Shown here one piece after another: positions 13,527-26,600 of a DNA stretch of 64,000 nucleotides. The notes under the pieces were generated by a model. The model had not been told where the DNA came from, made no database searches, and worked only from the letters and a program-made list of their open reading frames with translations. Origin of the DNA: Geosiphon pyriformis uo1. Taxonomy: Eukaryota; Fungi; Glomeromycota. Both the position numbers and the translations under genes were made by a program. Location of the stretch: NCBI GenBank assembly GCA_016748015.1, contig JAAOMT010000603.1:288373-352372 (forward strand), written 5' to 3'. Numbering within the stretch: position 1 is the stretch's first letter; each line of letters opens with the position of its first letter.

Positions 13527-14650
13527 ATGACCACTTCCGCGCTTCGTGAAGACCGTAGAGTTGCTAACGAGCTTCGTGCCATGAAAATAGCTCAAAATGT
13601 GATAAAACGTGTTGATGGTTCGGGTGAATTCTGTTTCGGTAGGTTATAGGTTTCTCTCTATTGCTTTGATAATTATTTTCACCGGATTTAAAGGTATATT
13701 AACTGATATGATTTTTCTTTTAATATACCCATCTATAGGTTTTTCCTCTGTCATTTGTTCGATATATGGACCAGCCGAAGTGAAAATACGTGATGAAAAA
13801 TTGGATAAAGCCACCATTGATGTTATTTATAGACCATTGATTGGTGTCTCGGGTAATTTTCACGCTTCTCAAATAGAAATTGTCCATTATCTTCTTTTTA
13901 TCAAAATCCATTCACTCATAATTCTTATTTTCCAATCTTAAATTGATTGCTAAAAGGGACAAAGGAAAAAACAAATGAATTTAACCTAAGAACGACGTTC
14001 GAAACTATTATTTTGTCTGGCCTTCATCCACGAACTCAAATTCAGATTGTTGTACAGATCAAACATGATGATGGAAGCGTATCCTATTTCTATAGTTTCA
14101 CAATACAAATCTTTTTAATAATTATAATTACTAATATTAGGAAATGAATTAACTTTTGAATTAACATAGACTTTATCCGCAGCTATAAATGCCGCTAGTG
14201 TCGCTTTAATCCACGCTGGAATTCCTATGAAGGCAATTGTGGTGGCTATCACGTGTATTGTCAACAAAGAAAAGAAAATATATTTGGATCCTACCGCTAA
14301 AGAAATGGAGGTGGGTTTTTCTTTAACTCAATTCACTTTCTAAATTTAATCAATTCTTTCCATTATATATAGAAAGCTATATCTATACATACTTTCGCCT
14401 ATGAAACACTTGATTTTAACGTAGCTTTCTGTGAATCCAGCGGATTGTTTACGGAACAAGAGGTATGCGCACATTTTAAAATATCACTGGTTTTCGTATT
14501 TACCATTTACCTTCCTTTAAATTATAGTATTTTGAGTGCTACGAAATATGCAAGTCCGCAGCGCGTGAGATATATAACTCCATACGCGAAGCTATCGCGA
14601 TCAAATTACAAAAAGAATTTCGACGCCAAGAGGATACTACCATATTATAA
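13527..14650 (+). CDS. RRP46: Exosome complex component Rrp46, multi-exon
   Basis: DRRVANELR, VDGS, SVICSIYGPAEV, HPRTQIQIVVQIKHDDGS, AINAASVALIHAGIPM, LDPT. Confidence 0.93.
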
Positions 14651-14777
14651 TAGATGAATGTTATTTAAACCAAACGCTGCTTGAAATACTACTTCTTTAG
14701 AGGCAATGTAATAAGTATTGCATCAAGAGTAAGGGTCTGTTTGGTTATGATCAAAATATCCAATTGAAGGTTCTTCT

Positions 14778-15874
14778 CTAATCCTAATGGAGAAAATTCT
14801 GTTAAAAGATACGAATCAATGGCAAAATGACACCATGTCTTTTTTACCTGTCGACCTTTCAGCGTACGAGTAATGACTCGTTCTGGAGTTCTAAATTTAA
14901 AACAAATTATTTAAAAAACATAATCATCTCCATAAACACCCCCTCTTCTCACCACTATGATTAACCGGACAAATATCCTTACATTATATGAACCAAAGCT
15001 CCCCAACCGCTCAAGCAATCCCTATCAATTGAATTAAGTAGAGCTTGTGATATTGTTTCAAATAGATCCTCAGGCTCCTTCAGAATCAAACCAATGAACA
15101 GGGGGTTAGTGTAAGTCAGATCACAATTAAGATATAAGATTTTAAAGGATTCTACCAAATCTGGTTCCCACAAGGATTCACACATGCCGTACAAACTCTG
15201 AGATGATGTCCCAGACACCACAAAGTCGTCAGCCTCATTAAGGCAACCAATAACATCCATCACGCAGATGAATGGCTCATTTTTCTTGTTTAAGCCAGCA
15301 ACCACAGGCTCAACAAAGTAAGGTCCAAACCTATTCAAAAATCGATTTAAACGGGTTTTAATGGAATCAAATATGTAACCGTTTGAGCTTACCTTTTTTC
15401 ATACAAAGTGGAAGAAATCATATTTGACAACGTTTTCGGCTCAATTTCGCGTTCTTCGCGCAATCTGTACATGTTAATTTTGAATCGCAATCTTTCGGAT
15501 CTTATGTCATTATAGTAAAAATTTAAATCAGTTGTGGTCTCGTTTAATGAAGCTTTATAAAGGTGGCGAAGGTTATTTGAAGTTTATTACAGTGTTTGAC
15601 TATCGGTGGCTAAACCGGCGAATCCAACATAGCTTTTTTCAGTAGCCTGATACATTTTAGGAAACTCGGTTGATACAGTCATTAATTGAACTCCAAGGCG
15701 TTTATCAGAAGCTATGGCAACACAATTTTTTCCAACCATGGCCACCAAGGCCCCTCCATTATATGACATTATCTAAAGACGGCATATATAGAAGGAAGTA
15801 TTGTATAAGCACTTTTTGTTCTAGACATTTAGTCGAAAATATATTAAAATATATTTAAATATACTTGCCGACAT
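14778..15874 (-). CDS. PUP3: 20S proteasome subunit beta-3
   Basis: MS|[57 protein letters not shown]|D*. The first and last coding exons are 6 nt each. Confidence 0.96.
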
Positions 15875-16076
15875 CTTGAAGTTGTAAAATATCCAGAAAG
15901 TTGTAAATTGAGTAATCTTCTAAGCTCCAAGCTCGAGATCTTATAAAAATACTTGCGTGTATTATCGCCACAAAAAATGCCACAGTGCCACACTTACCTG
16001 ATACTGATTTTACAAGTTTTTGCTTAGGGCAGATCCACTCAAACGTTTGATTTTTTATCCAGCAGAAAGAGATCGA
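15875..16076. promoter_or_regulatory. Short bidirectional promoter between PUP3 and QCR2, with three GCCACA (PACE-like) cores
   Basis: Divergent ATGs ~200 bp apart. GCCACA occurs three times within ~15967-15992 and resembles the Rpn4/PACE core. Confidence 0.55.
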
Positions 16077-17896
16077 ATGCTTCGCACAAGAACTCTCCAA
16101 GGTCCTTTAGTAGCTTCGGTCGGCAAGGGGCTAAAACGCCTTTTTGCTAGCGTTGTTGACTCACCAGTCCATGTGACAAAGTCCACAAATGGGGTGACAG
16201 TGGTGGCTGTTGAAGGTGAATAGAAAACTTTTTGTTTTTTACCAAAGATGCTGTGTACAAAGTTTTCAGCTGTTAGCCTATGCTTGCTTTTATCTTGATT
16301 TAAAGTCGACCACTTGAAAAATAAAAAGATAGTGCGCCGGCAGTTTCTGTCGCAGTCGTGGTCAAAGCCGGTCCTCGAGTAGAAACTACTGAAAATATTG
16401 GTGTCTCAAATTATTTGAAGAACTTTGCCTTTAAGGTGAGTGGGTTAGTAAATTTTGATTTAAGAAACGCATTTGGTTTGCAAGACATTGCCTGATATAC
16501 AACAATTTTCTAAAACGAGCTTTAATTTTGTGATTGATGATTGCTCAAATTAGGAAACGACAAAACGTACTGCATTCCGCACTACACGAGAGACAGAACT
16601 ACTAGGTGGATTGCTATCTGCTAATTTAACCAGAGAAAATTTAGTTCTTTCAGCTGAATTCTTGGAAAACGATCTGTGAGTGTTTTATATTGATATAATA
16701 TTATTGTTATTTAATACCTTCTTACTTTGATACCATTTTTCTCAAATAAAATACCTTTATGCTGTATGCTTGGCCATCTATCCAAGTCCTTTCTTCATAG
16801 AGATTTTATCTGACACAATAACCAATGCAAAGTATAATCCATGGGATTTTGAGGAGGTTAAAGAGAATGTGAAATTTGAAACCGAGGCTGCTCATCATAT
16901 TCCAGAGATTCTTGCTTTGGATGCTGCTCACGCGGTTGCTTTTCGTAATGGACTTGGAAATTCGTTGTTTGCAGATTCCACGACGAAAGTCAAGAGTATC
17001 GAAGATGTGAAGGCCTTTGCTGGTCAAGTTTATACCACCCCCAATATCACAATTATCGGTACAGGGATTGATTCCAAAAAACTTACATCCTTGATAGACC
17101 AATATTTCAAGGAATTAAGCAATGGATCTTCCATAATATCTAGTCCCACTAAATACTTTGGGGGTGATTCGCGTATCCCAATCCCATCTGAAAAAAGTCA
17201 TTTTGTCCTTGCTTTTCCAGGTGCTGCTACTGGTACAAGTGACTTTGCAGCACTACAAGTTCTTCGATTTATTCTAGGGGCCGAAAAGCACACGAAATGG
17301 GGGGAAGGTGTTTCTCCTCTAGCTCAGAGTGCAAATAAATATTTAACCGGTACTCGGACCAATACTTTTAACGCTGGGTATTCGGATACTGGCCTTTTTG
17401 GTGTATACATAGAAGGGTCATCTGCTTCTGTAAATGAAGTTGCTCATGCGGCTGCTGAGAAGTTGAAGAAAATTTCCCAGAATATCTTGAATGAAGATTT
17501 CAAACGTGCAATAGCGAAAGCAAAATTTGACACCGCCGCCTCGTATGAGACCCGCGCTGCCAAGACAGAGATTGTGAGCGGCCAGGTATTAAGTTCGAAA
17601 TGAGGCATCTAATTTTTGAGCAAGGATGATATTCTAAATTCACTTATTCTTGCATATAGATTCCATCATTTGCAAAAGCAACCCCCGTAACGACCGCCCT
17701 CAGTCTATATGATGACCTGAATTCTGATTATGTTCAAAGTGTAAGTAAAAAAAAAAAAAATTTGGATTTTCTGCCTTTCTATTCTCACTCCCCATCACCC
17801 TGATAGGTTGCACAGAAGATAATTAAAACCAAGCCTACGGCGATAGCAGTTGGGGACATACGATCTCTACCTTTCGCTGATTCTTTTAATTTCTAA
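16077..17896 (+). CDS. QCR2: Cytochrome bc1 core protein 2 (M16 family)
   Basis: Basic presequence, VKAGPRVE...LKNFAFK.T.KRTAFR.TRETELLGG, AHAVAFRNGLGNSL, FNAGYSDTGLFG, AVGDIRSLPFAD. Confidence 0.95.
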
Positions 17897-18359
17897 AATG
17901 ATTTCTGATCTATTTCTTTAAACCTTAAAGATGCTAAGAAAACAGTTTATTAAAAATCCATATATTTTAAATTAGCGAAAGAAACTTTCACAGCTCTTGA
18001 TACTATCTTATTTTAAGATTCACATCCCTAGTGCTTTTTCGGAAGAGTTTGACGCGCAGTTTTCAGCCCGAGAACAGGAATCATCAAACGCGAGATTCAG
18101 TTTGGATTTGTTTCTACCCTCTGGGCGAGATTAATTTCCACCATGTCTTTAGGATTTGGTGGAAGCAGCAGCATAATTCTATGTTATCCTACCTTCTTTT
18201 GGCCGCTATAAAGCTTATCATTAGCGAGAAGGTCTCTCAACTGCTGATACTTTAGAATGGTCCCTAGCCATTACTATAATCAATATCTAATTTAATTATC
18301 GAAGGCCCTGAAATTTTGTCGAAATTGAGATTTTTACCCAAACCTCTTGGTAAAAATAA

Positions 18360-19208
18360 AATGCATTTATATTTTGTTAATAAATTATATTTATTTTAAT
18401 ATATAAAGTATAAGTAAACAAAATAAGTATAGTTTTATTAAAAATACGATAAATCTTAATTTTAATAACAGTTTTATTATTTAATTAGTTTTTTATATGA
18501 TTAAATTGAAATTTATATTACAATATATATTTATATTTTTATTGTATACAACAATTAAAAGCTGTTTATAGGTTTTGTATATTTTATAAAAATTATAAAA
18601 TAATTTTTAAAATAAATTAATTAATTAATTAATAATAATAAATCTTTTTTTTGTTAATTTCTAGTTTATTAGATTTAAAAAACCAAATACTATTTTATAA
18701 TATAAATTTTATATACTTTTTGTTTATACTTTTAATTTACACTATTAATACAAACTGTTTTAAGATATTTGTGTTAAGAAATTTAGTTAAAAAACTTATT
18801 AATATATTGGAAAAATTTGAAATAATAATTAGAAAAAAAAATTCTAAAAAATTCTAAAAAAAATTTAATTATTGTATAAAAAAAGATTTTAAAAACAAAA
18901 TAATTAAAAAAAAAACCAATAATAAAATCTAATAATTATTAGAAAAAAAAATAATATAACCAGTAATATTAGTAATAAATAATTAATAAGAAAAAAATTG
19001 AATAAAGAAGATTTAAAAGTTTTTAAATAATACACTTTTTTAATTTTTTTTTAAATATTTTATTTAAAATTATTAAAAACTGCTTAAAATAGAAAAAAAA
19101 CCAATTACAATATTTAATATATTAAAGATTAATTATTTTGTTATTAAAAAAAAATATAATTATTATAAAATTAATAAAAATAAAAAAATTATTTAATATT
19201 GATTGTAA

Positions 19209-19243
<35 letters not shown>

Positions 19244-21145
19244 CATATTTTATTAAATAATTAAAACTATATTTATATCTAAATTCAATAATAGCCAAAA
19301 AAAAAATTATTTTTACTTTTTATATAATTATAAAAACTATTATATTAAAATTATGTTAATTAAACTAATATTTATTAGAATTACTAATAAATAAATATTA
19401 AAATTCTATATATATTAATATCACGTGTTGCGGATGGGTCGATTTAGCAATTTCTTAAAAATATTATATATATTGTTATTAATTAAATAAAATTAACATT
19501 AATTTACAAAATAAATAAATAATATATATAAATTTTATGTATTAATATAATTTTAATATATTCTTATTTTTAAAAATTAAATTATAGATTTTAACTTATA
19601 TATTTACTATATATAATTAATTACTCAAATTTAAATTAATAAATATTTATTTATTTTTAAATTAAAAACATTTAATATTTTAATTTTACCAAAATACTTA
19701 ACAAAAATCTATTTATTTTTAATATGTTTACATAATTACTTTTTAATTTATTTTTATTAAACTTAATATTATTTTTTATTATAATATACATATTATATAT
19801 TTATTTATAAATAATAACAATTAATTAAATTTATAAATATTTATAATTTAAGCTTTATGTCTGTTTCTAAATTAATTAAAATTTTTAAACACAATAATAA
19901 TTAAGTTATCAATATATTTGATTTAAGTTTTTAGAAAAACAAAATAATTTTTAATATTTATAGCAAAATTAATTTTAGTAGTCAAAAAAAACAATTAAAT
20001 TTGTTAAAAAACTAATTCTTATAATCATAAATTTAATAAAAACAAATAATTTTACAGCTTAAATTTTAAAAAAACCAATTTAAATTTATACCAAAATATT
20101 ATTAAAGAAGTAACAGTTTTAACATAAAGCACAAATTTTAAATACAACAAAAAACTTTAATAATTGTTTAAAAAAAACAGAAACAATTTTATAAACAAAA
20201 ACCAATTAATTTAAACTTTAATCTTTGTAATAATATAAATATTTAAAAGTTTTTTATTAAATATAAATTTTATATAAAGTAATAGTTTTAATAATTATTT
20301 TATTAAATGCTTTTTTAAACTTAAAAATAACAATAATTAATATAAAAAAATCAAAAAATAAAACAAGTTTAATTACCAATTTAAAAAACCAAATTACTAA
20401 TTTAAAAAAAATATAATAAAATTTTTTTAATTATCAAAAAGAAAAATCTTAATATTATTTTTTATTATAAAAACTAATTAACAAATAAAAATAGCTTTAA
20501 TAGTTTTAAAAAACTTAAAATACATAATAATATATTATTATAAATCAACAAATTTTAATTTATAATTTTATTAAAAATACTTAAGAAAACATTATACAAA
20601 ACTACAGCAAAAAAACAAAAACCAATATTATAAAAAATTTTGCAATTTTAAAAAATTACCAGACAAAATTTAAGCAAAAAAATCTAAAAATAAATTTTAT
20701 ACAAAAAAACTTGATATTTTTTTTATAATTAATTTTAAATCAAAAAAAATTATATATAAACTAAAAAACAAATTTAATATAATATTTTTTTAAAAAAAGC
20801 TTTTTTTATATTATAGTATTATTTTTAATTTTCGTATTTTTTTGATAATATTTTAAATTATAGCTTATTTTATTAAATTATTAAATATTTTATTAAATTT
20901 TTAAATTATTTAGCAAATTTTTAATATTATAAAATTTAAAATATTGTATAATTAATTTATTATATTTAATTATATTTGTGTATTTATACAAAATAAATTA
21001 CTAATAAAATAATAAAAATTAATAATATAACACAATAATAAATAATATTTTGTATTAATTAATAATATTAACTAATAATTTAATATTTAATATTTTTATA
21101 AAAAATTGCCAATTGTTGTTAAAAAATAACTTGATAATTTTTTGT
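18360..21145. other. Extremely AT-rich tract containing a decayed LINE ORF1 relic (~19900-20800)
   Basis: Almost no CpG. 20576-20730 aligns by eye with the less decayed ORF1 at 42400-42580. Confidence 0.7.
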
Positions 21146-21879
21146 ATTTTTTTTTTTTTGTTATTAGGCTTAATAAGTGAGGTCCAAACACAATCTAGTG
21201 CTATACATCAAAAAAATGATCTAAACTAGGCATGAATCATGTATTTTCTACATGTGACCAGCCACTTGGGCCAATAAGAACAACACTACATAGCTATATG
21301 AACAGAAACTGGGTTACCTATATCAGAAAAAAACAAACAAGACTTGCGAAAGCCAAAATAAACACCAACAGCATTAGCTATACCAAGTAATTTAACCACA
21401 CCAGCAAAAAACCTCGAAGCCAAACCAGGAACCAAGATGACAGCCAAATCATCAACTGAAATCAACCTATTTTTCTCTATGTAAGCACAATGCTTAGCAC
21501 AAATTGACCAGACATCAGTTCTAAACACAAGACCAAGAGAATACACAAATTTGACAATCTCTGAACTGGCAATCTTGGGATCATGAAAGATGGAAACACC
21601 TTTGCAAAACCAATCATCAAAAACAAAACCTTTATGAAAAGCCATGAACACAAAAAAATTAAAGATGCAGAATGACAACAGTTGCAATACGCCTAAAAAG
21701 GAATGAAAAAAACCAAAAATCGCTTTCCAAGAATTCACATAAGACTCCAACAAATGACACTAAGCAGATTCATCAACCTTATAAGAGAACACATGATCTG
21801 ACACCTCCATTTTACCACAATACAAGCACAACACACTAGGGTATAGCTTATTATAAAGACACTTCCAAACAGCAACTGG

Positions 21880-22868
21880 TGTTACTAGAGGTTTTTGGTC
21901 TCTTTTCTTAAATGTTGTTGATGTTAATTTGCTGTGAATTCACGTTTTCAGGAAGTAGTTGAACCTCCAGTAACTGAATTTATCTTCAAATTATCTCCTA
22001 TAATTTGAACTGCTGGGCTTATAAGTGGAATGGCCAATTCTGTGCCAGTTGCTTTGTGTAGTTACGTTGTAGTAAATGTCAACTCTTTCCCAGAAATTGT
22101 TCATCTGGAAGCTCACTAAAAATATGTAGTTACTTTGCTGTGAAAGTCAACTCTTCTACAGGAATCTCATCTGTAGGCTACTCTAATGATTGTAATAAGA
22201 AAAGAAATGAAAAATAAAAGAAATGAAAAAGAAAAAATAAAACTGATGATTTATGGAAGTTGTTTCGGATCCAGGCCTAGAAGTACTTTAACAGTTTACT
22301 GAAATTGGTAGCTAGTCAATTTCAAACTGTTAGTAGAAATTGGTTAATTTCAAGGGAAATAATTTAAGAATTTGGCTTTTCGAATTATTTAATATTTATT
22401 TGTCTTTTGGGTGTAAAGGATTATTCTACTTGTTTTAAATCTAAAGTAAGATATATTTTCTCGAAAAGAAAAGCTCTTCTTTTATACAACTTGTCATAAC
22501 ACTATTCTATGAACTCGAACTTTGCTATTTTCTATAATTTTGCTGAACTAAAGATACATTTCGGCAAACTACAAGTTATTTCTGCAAACTATTAGATATT
22601 TCGGTGAACTATCAATTATTTCGGCGAATTTCTTACAAATTTCGGCGAATTTTTTGAATATTACATAGTTCGGGGTATTGCATAATTGATCATCACAATT
22701 AGGTTACATTTGTGTTATGTACAAATTGGGTTATTAATTAAATGATAATTTCGGATATTTTGCTAATGTAATAAGTGATAATTTGAAAAAATAATATACA
22801 CTAATTAATAATAAGATTTATAAGGGTAATTTCATGCTAAACAATATCTCTAATTTTGTCTGGTAACA
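21880..22868 (-). repeat. 3' LTR of the Gypsy element
   Basis: Direct repeat of 30625-31613, adjacent to the polypurine tract at ~22871-22881. Confidence 0.96.
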
Positions 22869-23556
22869 TAACCTCCTCTTCAAGACTGAGCTCCATTGAA
22901 GTTCAAGTACTGTCTGTAATTTCCAGATAATAATCTAAAATTATTGAAGAAATTTGGTCTGAAAATTGTTGAAATTTCAGTTCTGTGAGCTTTTCAATGT
23001 ATTGAATCTTCAAAGACTGTAAAATTGGGTTTTGTAGGACGTTTTCACAGGTGTGGAATAGGTCATAAAGTCTAAAAGCAGCTCTTAGTTTATAACGACT
23101 GTTTGTAGGTCCAGCTGTTGTCTTGAATTTGTTGTGGAGTTGTTTCTGAATAGCTTCTTTTGTGAAATTTGCTGCTGTAAGCTCCTGTTTTCGTTCATGA
23201 AGTGTTTTTCCAATGTAGAAATATTTATATATTGGAGTATAGTCATGGTTTTCTTTATTAAGACACAGTTAAAGTTTTTGTTGAATAGTAGCATTTGGTG
23301 GAATACTAATTGAAGTGAACATTAAATTTTCTCTTAAAACAAGCTTTAAAAGTTCTGGCAGGTGAATTCCAAAATAACTTCTTGTGTTCTTCTTATATGG
23401 GTGATATTTTCATGAATTTGGGGCTAAATTTGTGACTACTTTTGTTTGGGTATAATTAATGTGGTTTCCAGTAACAGTAATAGATAATTCGGGTATTGTT
23501 TTTAAAGCTAACATTAGTTTTTGGGATAATTGTTGAATGTTTTGAGGAATAGTCAT
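22837..23556 (-). pseudogene. Extra ~240-codon ORF between integrase and the 3' LTR
   Basis: ATG at 23556. One frame (MTIPQNIQQ...YKYFYIGKTL...AAFRLYDLF...EEEVMLPDKIRDIV*) is broken only by TGA/TAA codons explainable as CGA/CAA C->T changes. Confidence 0.7.
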
Positions 23557-23678
23557 TATAAGAGATTTGAAAATAAAAGAAAATTATTTTTGGTGTATGG
23601 GTTTTTATGTTATTTTTGTTTTGTTTTTATGAGATTGTTTCTAAATTATAAGAAAATAACTATAATAATAAATTTAAT

Positions 23679-26600
23679 TTAAGTGTTCAAGTTGGGAGGT
23701 TGTTCAATGACAACTATTGGTTCTAAATTCTGAGGAATATCTTTGGAATTGATTAAAGAGGAATGTGTGCCAATTTGTGGAATTAATGGTTCAGGATTGT
23801 TTCTAGAATTATAGTATTTCAAATGATTTCCATGTGCAACTTTTGCTAGGATTTTGTCATCAAGTCTTAGCTTGTATGATCCGTTGCCTAGAATTTCATA
23901 GATAAAGAATGGTCCATTTCATTTATTTTCAAATTTTCCACTCCATTGTTTTTCAGCTTTAGTTCTGTGTAAGAGAACTTTATTTCCAACTTTAAATTCG
24001 TTAATAATAGGTGGTAATTTGTTGTCATGTCTTTCTTTTTGTTGAGCTTGAGAATGTTCAATATGAGTTGCTGCTATTCATTGTTTTTCTTTCAATGTGC
24101 TAAGCAAAGTGTAGACTTTTTGTTGTAGTGTTTCCTGAAAATTGTTTTTATTGATTGGTTGTGCTGGGTATGTTTCCACTGTGAAACTAATTGGTAATAT
24201 TGCTGTCCTTTCATAAGTTAAATCAAATGGTGTGTGTTTTGTGGTATCTTGTTTTAGTGTTCTATATGCTAGTAACACTTATAGAATAAAGATATCCCAC
24301 TTTTGCTCAAAATCGGTTGAGACTTTGGCTAATGACTCACACAATGTTCTGTTAAAATGTTCTACAAGTCCATTTGTTTGTGGATGGTAGGGTGAAAACA
24401 GAGGCCTTTTGACATTGAGTTGTTCACAAATTTCTTGTATCAGGTTGTTCACAAAGTGTGTTTTTTGATTAGATAAAAGTTTTATTGGGCATTCATGTCT
24501 ACAAATAATGTCTTCGTAGATGAAGTTTGCTACTGATTTCACATCTGCTCATTGAATGGCTCTGGCTTCAGGCCATTTAGTAAGATAGTCTATAGCTACT
24601 GCAATATAACGGTTTCCTTGAGTGGTAATAGATAGTGGTCTGACTAAATCGATACCAACTCAGTCGAAGAGTTGTCCAACTTTGATTGGATTTAATGGTT
24701 CAGTAGAGTGTGTTCCTCCTCTTCTTTGACAATTATCACAAGATTCAACATATTCATGAATGTCTTTTTTCATTTGAGGCCAAAAGTAGTATTCTAGTGT
24801 TTTTTGGGTGGTGCTGTCTTTTCCGAAGTGTGCTGATGAAGAATCTGAGTGCATGTTGTATAATATAGTCTCTTTTTCCTGTTCTTGTATTAATCTGAGT
24901 AGTTTGTCTGGGTTTTTGAAATTTCGATGATAAATAATGTTGTTGTGTAGAAAATATTGTTTGGCTTGTTGTTGTAGTCGATGTTTTTCATCTGGAGACC
25001 AATCTGTTGAGATTGTTAATGTTTCCAAATATTGTTTGAGATTGTTGTAGTTTTCCAAATTCATTGTTTGTTGGCTGTTTTGGTTGATTAAGTTGAGTGT
25101 TGGTTTTTGTGTTTTCTAATCTTGTCTTATTCTGGAGAGACAGTCAACATTGGNNNNNNNNNNNNNNNNNNNNGCTGCTGTTTCCAATTCAGTGGCAGGA
25201 TAATTTTTTTCAGTTGGTTTTAATGTTCTGCTAGCATAAGCAATTACTTGCTCATTTCCATTGTCATCCAATTGTAATAGGATAGCACCAAAGGCAGTAT
25301 AAGAGACATCTGTTGCTAATCGGAATTAGTTGCCGAAATCTGGGTAGGCAAAAATTGGAGCTGTTATTAGTTTTTCTTTGAGAATTTCAAATGCATTTTG
25401 ACATTCAGCAGTCCATTTGTATTTGACGTTTTTGGTGGTAAGCTGGTTGAGAGGTTTTGCGATTTCTGAGAATCCTATGATAAACTTTTGATAGTAGGAA
25501 GCTAACCCTATGAATCTTCTTAGTTCTGTAGTGTTTCGAAGAATTTTGAAGTTTTTGACAGCACTGATTTTTCCAGGGTCTGGTTTGATTCCATCTTTAC
25601 TAACAATATGACCAAGGAAGGCCAAGCTTGTTTTTTCAAAGTAGCATTTTTCGATGTTGAGTTTTAGTCTTGTTTTTTGTAATCGTTGAAAAACTTTTTG
25701 CAGGTGTTTTAAGTGTAATTTGAATAATGAAGAATAAACATCAGTATCGTCAAGATAAATAACTACTGACTTCCAGAGGAGCCCTTAGTACACAATATTC
25801 ATTAATCTCTGAAACGTTGTTGGTGTATTGCATAATCTAAAGAGCATTACATTGAACTCGTAATTTCTGCCTTGGGTGGTGAATGCTGTTTTGGGGTGAT
25901 CTTTGGGATCCATAGCAACTTGCCAGTAACTGCTTTCTAAATTTAGTGTTAAAAAGTATTTGGATTTTCCAAGGGCATCTAACATGTCATCAATTTGGGG
26001 AAGAGGGTAGGCATCTCCAATTGTTATACTGTTGAGTTGTCAATAGTCAACACAAAATCGTATCTTTCCATTTTTCTTTTTAACTAGCACTACAAGTGAA
26101 GCCCAAGGACTCATGGAGAGTTGGATGAGCTCATTATTAAGCATTTGTTGTACTTCTTCTCAGATAAATTGGTGGCTTTCTGGAGCAACTCGATATGCTT
26201 GTTGTCTTCTTGGTTTGGCATCTCCTGTATAAATTTGGTGTTGGACCAAATTGGTTTTTCCTAAGTCATTGTTGTTTTCAGCAAAGATATCAGCAAATTC
26301 TGTAATTAGTTTTTTGAGCTGGCTCCATTGTTGTGGTTCAAGTTGTCCCATGTTAATTTGAGATAGTTTTTCCATGACAACATGGTAGTTTTCAGAGCTA
26401 GGGTTTGAGTTGATTTTTGATAGTAAATGTCCAATGATTTCCAAAAAATTGGGAACTGTCTGGAGTAGTTTTTGTTGAAAGATGTTACTGTGAATGACTC
26501 CAATTTCTAAGTTATTTAATAGAATTATGAGGTAATTGTTGAGATTGTAAAAAGTAACTCGGACTTTTTTTGTTCCTTCTGGAATATAAATGTTTGGGAT

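Noticed and set aside
15992-16000. ACTTACCTG resembling the U1 snRNA 5' end
   Set aside because: No U1 stem-loops or Sm site follow. It is just the reverse complement of a splice-donor-like CAGGTAAGT.
18255-18280. GTAATGGCT on the minus strand resembling the fungal SRP RNA Alu motif
   Set aside because: The flanks do not pair and no helix-8 motif can be formed.
19420-19560. Point centromere (CDEI plus AT-rich CDEII)
   Set aside because: No CDEIII CCGAA element at the expected distance, and point centromeres are restricted to Saccharomycetaceae.
25065-25118. Integrase as a separate ORF with its own ATG after the RNase H stop
   Set aside because: The TAG at 25116-25118 is in frame with integrase, 17 codons upstream of the ATG, and is most simply a CAG/TGG transition.
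25154-25173. Deletion of the RNase H core in the Gypsy element
   Set aside because: It coincides with a 20-N assembly gap, so the sequence is missing rather than deleted.
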